Below, one piece after another: positions 62,354-64,000 of a DNA stretch of 64,000 nucleotides. Each line of letters begins with the position of its first letter. Within the stretch, counting starts at the first letter, position 1. The notes beneath the pieces are model-generated. The model saw only the letters and a list, made by a program, of their open reading frames with translations, did not search any database and was not told where the DNA came from. The translations under genes and the position numbers were made by a program. The DNA comes from Pavona decussata (lineage: Eukaryota). The stretch is taken from assembly GCA_977016875.1 (NCBI GenBank), contig CDRNST010000214.1, forward strand, positions 4,278,001-4,342,000. Direction: 5' to 3'.

Positions 62354-64000
62354 ATTAATATTATTAGTCTTACAGAGAAAAGTTATATTAGGGTTTGTCT
62401 ATTTTAAGTGTCATTTAATTGTTACAGGCTATTTAATGAAATAATGAATTTAATAATTCTGGTTGTACAAATAATGTGATGGTGATGATGATGATTGTTA
62501 TGTCAAATATTTTTAATACACTACATTAACAGTTTGCCTTGGGCAATTTATCGGATAAACTGATTTTAAAAGAAATGTAGAAAAAAAAAGGTTTAAATAA
62601 TCTATACAAATGTCACATCTAATTAATAGATAATGAGTCAGTAGTTTGTTTATGGCAGTGTGTTGAACGAATGGTAAACGTCATATGCGAAAATCACCCC
62701 TGCCAAGTACATGGCTTTGTTGACTTTTGTTATGTGTGTGTGTGTTGTTTGTTTCTCACTGATATCCCAAAGAGGATCTGCCTGTTAGTCTATATAATGA
62801 AACAGAAATAATAATAATTTTGTTTGGTAAAGTACAACGTACATGTAGTAGTAGCCTCCTGCACAGTTGCTCTTTGGGCTCATCACCGTAGGAAGCTATG
62901 TAGGTAGTTGTCACGTGAGTAGTTTTAAGCTGAAGTATCCTAATTCGGTTATCCCTCTAAAATGTAAAACTTATAAAGGTTGGAAGTTCAACTCTTCCAA
63001 TATCACCGCAGTTAATTCTTCCATATGAAATATTTGGTTCTACAAGAGGTCAAGCCGTTGATGATTAAGTTATTTAAGATATATCTTATACCACATACAT
63101 GTATCTCATAGCCTTCGTTGGTGTTGTTAACAGTAATGTTCTCACAAAGATTTCAGCTTTTCTGCATCTACTGGAAACATAAGCTGTCGTTGGATGCATT
63201 TAACTGAAAAGAATTATATGAAATTAATATTTATTGTATTGACTAAAACAAGTTATTTTTCAAATTAGCGGTAGGCATTGAAAGACGAACTTATATTATT
63301 ACGTGTATAATGATTTATTGTAATAAGCATTGATCCTTGTTTTTATTGATTTTCGTACAGAGCTTTTTAAAAACAAAAAATATACTTGTTACGTTTCATA
63401 TAGCCATATAAAAACGAATTTAAAATATTAGAAATTACTCTTATATAAGGAGTTCAAATATTGAATAAATTCAGAACGAAAACTGACTTCTAGTCGTTCT
63501 TTATTGTTTTTTGGGGGTATTTTATTCACTTGATTTGTGAATACAGAACCGGAGTTAGCGAGCTCAAATTTCTGTTAGTGATAATTTGTAAGGTCGGCTC
63601 TTATTGAAAACATTCGACCAAATCATTCAGGATTTATACCGTGGTGGTTTTACTCTGGGACAGGGAAACGCCGGGGAATTTTGCATTAGTTTTGGCTTGC
63701 CACCAGGTTCTTAGGCATGATCAGTTCTTTAGTGGTAAGGCCTCAAAAATCAGTTGATTCATAGACATTTAAAAACGGGTATGCCGGATCAGTTCTCATG
63801 TGAAAAAGGGTACCGGAAAATTACATTTTTGATCTAAAATAGGGTCAGAGTTGTTGAACCGAGGCGCACATGATGTTGTTTTTTACTGTACTTCTCCTCA
63901 CTTCTCCTTGCTTTTGTCAACCCCCCAAAAAAGTAACGCCTATCCCAGGAACGGCCTATGTATGAACAAAGTTTGGTGGTCCAAGACTGTTGGGGTGTTA

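Overview
AT-rich animal genomic DNA with two N-gaps, most likely from an anthozoan cnidarian such as a stony coral (inferred from the noggin sequence and the SINE/MITE repertoire). Two protein-coding genes are well supported. One is an intronless noggin on the - strand (20170-20898). The other is a 13-exon mitochondrial dicarboxylate carrier (SLC25A10-like, + strand, 55394-62353, 304 aa) with one GC-AG intron. They are divergently oriented and separated by about 34 kb of non-coding DNA rich in MITEs and SINEs. The window opens with a 70-bp satellite array (1-2600). An unclassified, decayed ~8 kb island follows (about 5740-13810). Inside it are four spaced copies of a ~50-nt hairpin whose stem base pairs co-vary and whose G.U pairs point to the - strand, each followed by a short purine-rich, coding-like segment. 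This hairpin array is the most unusual signal in the window.
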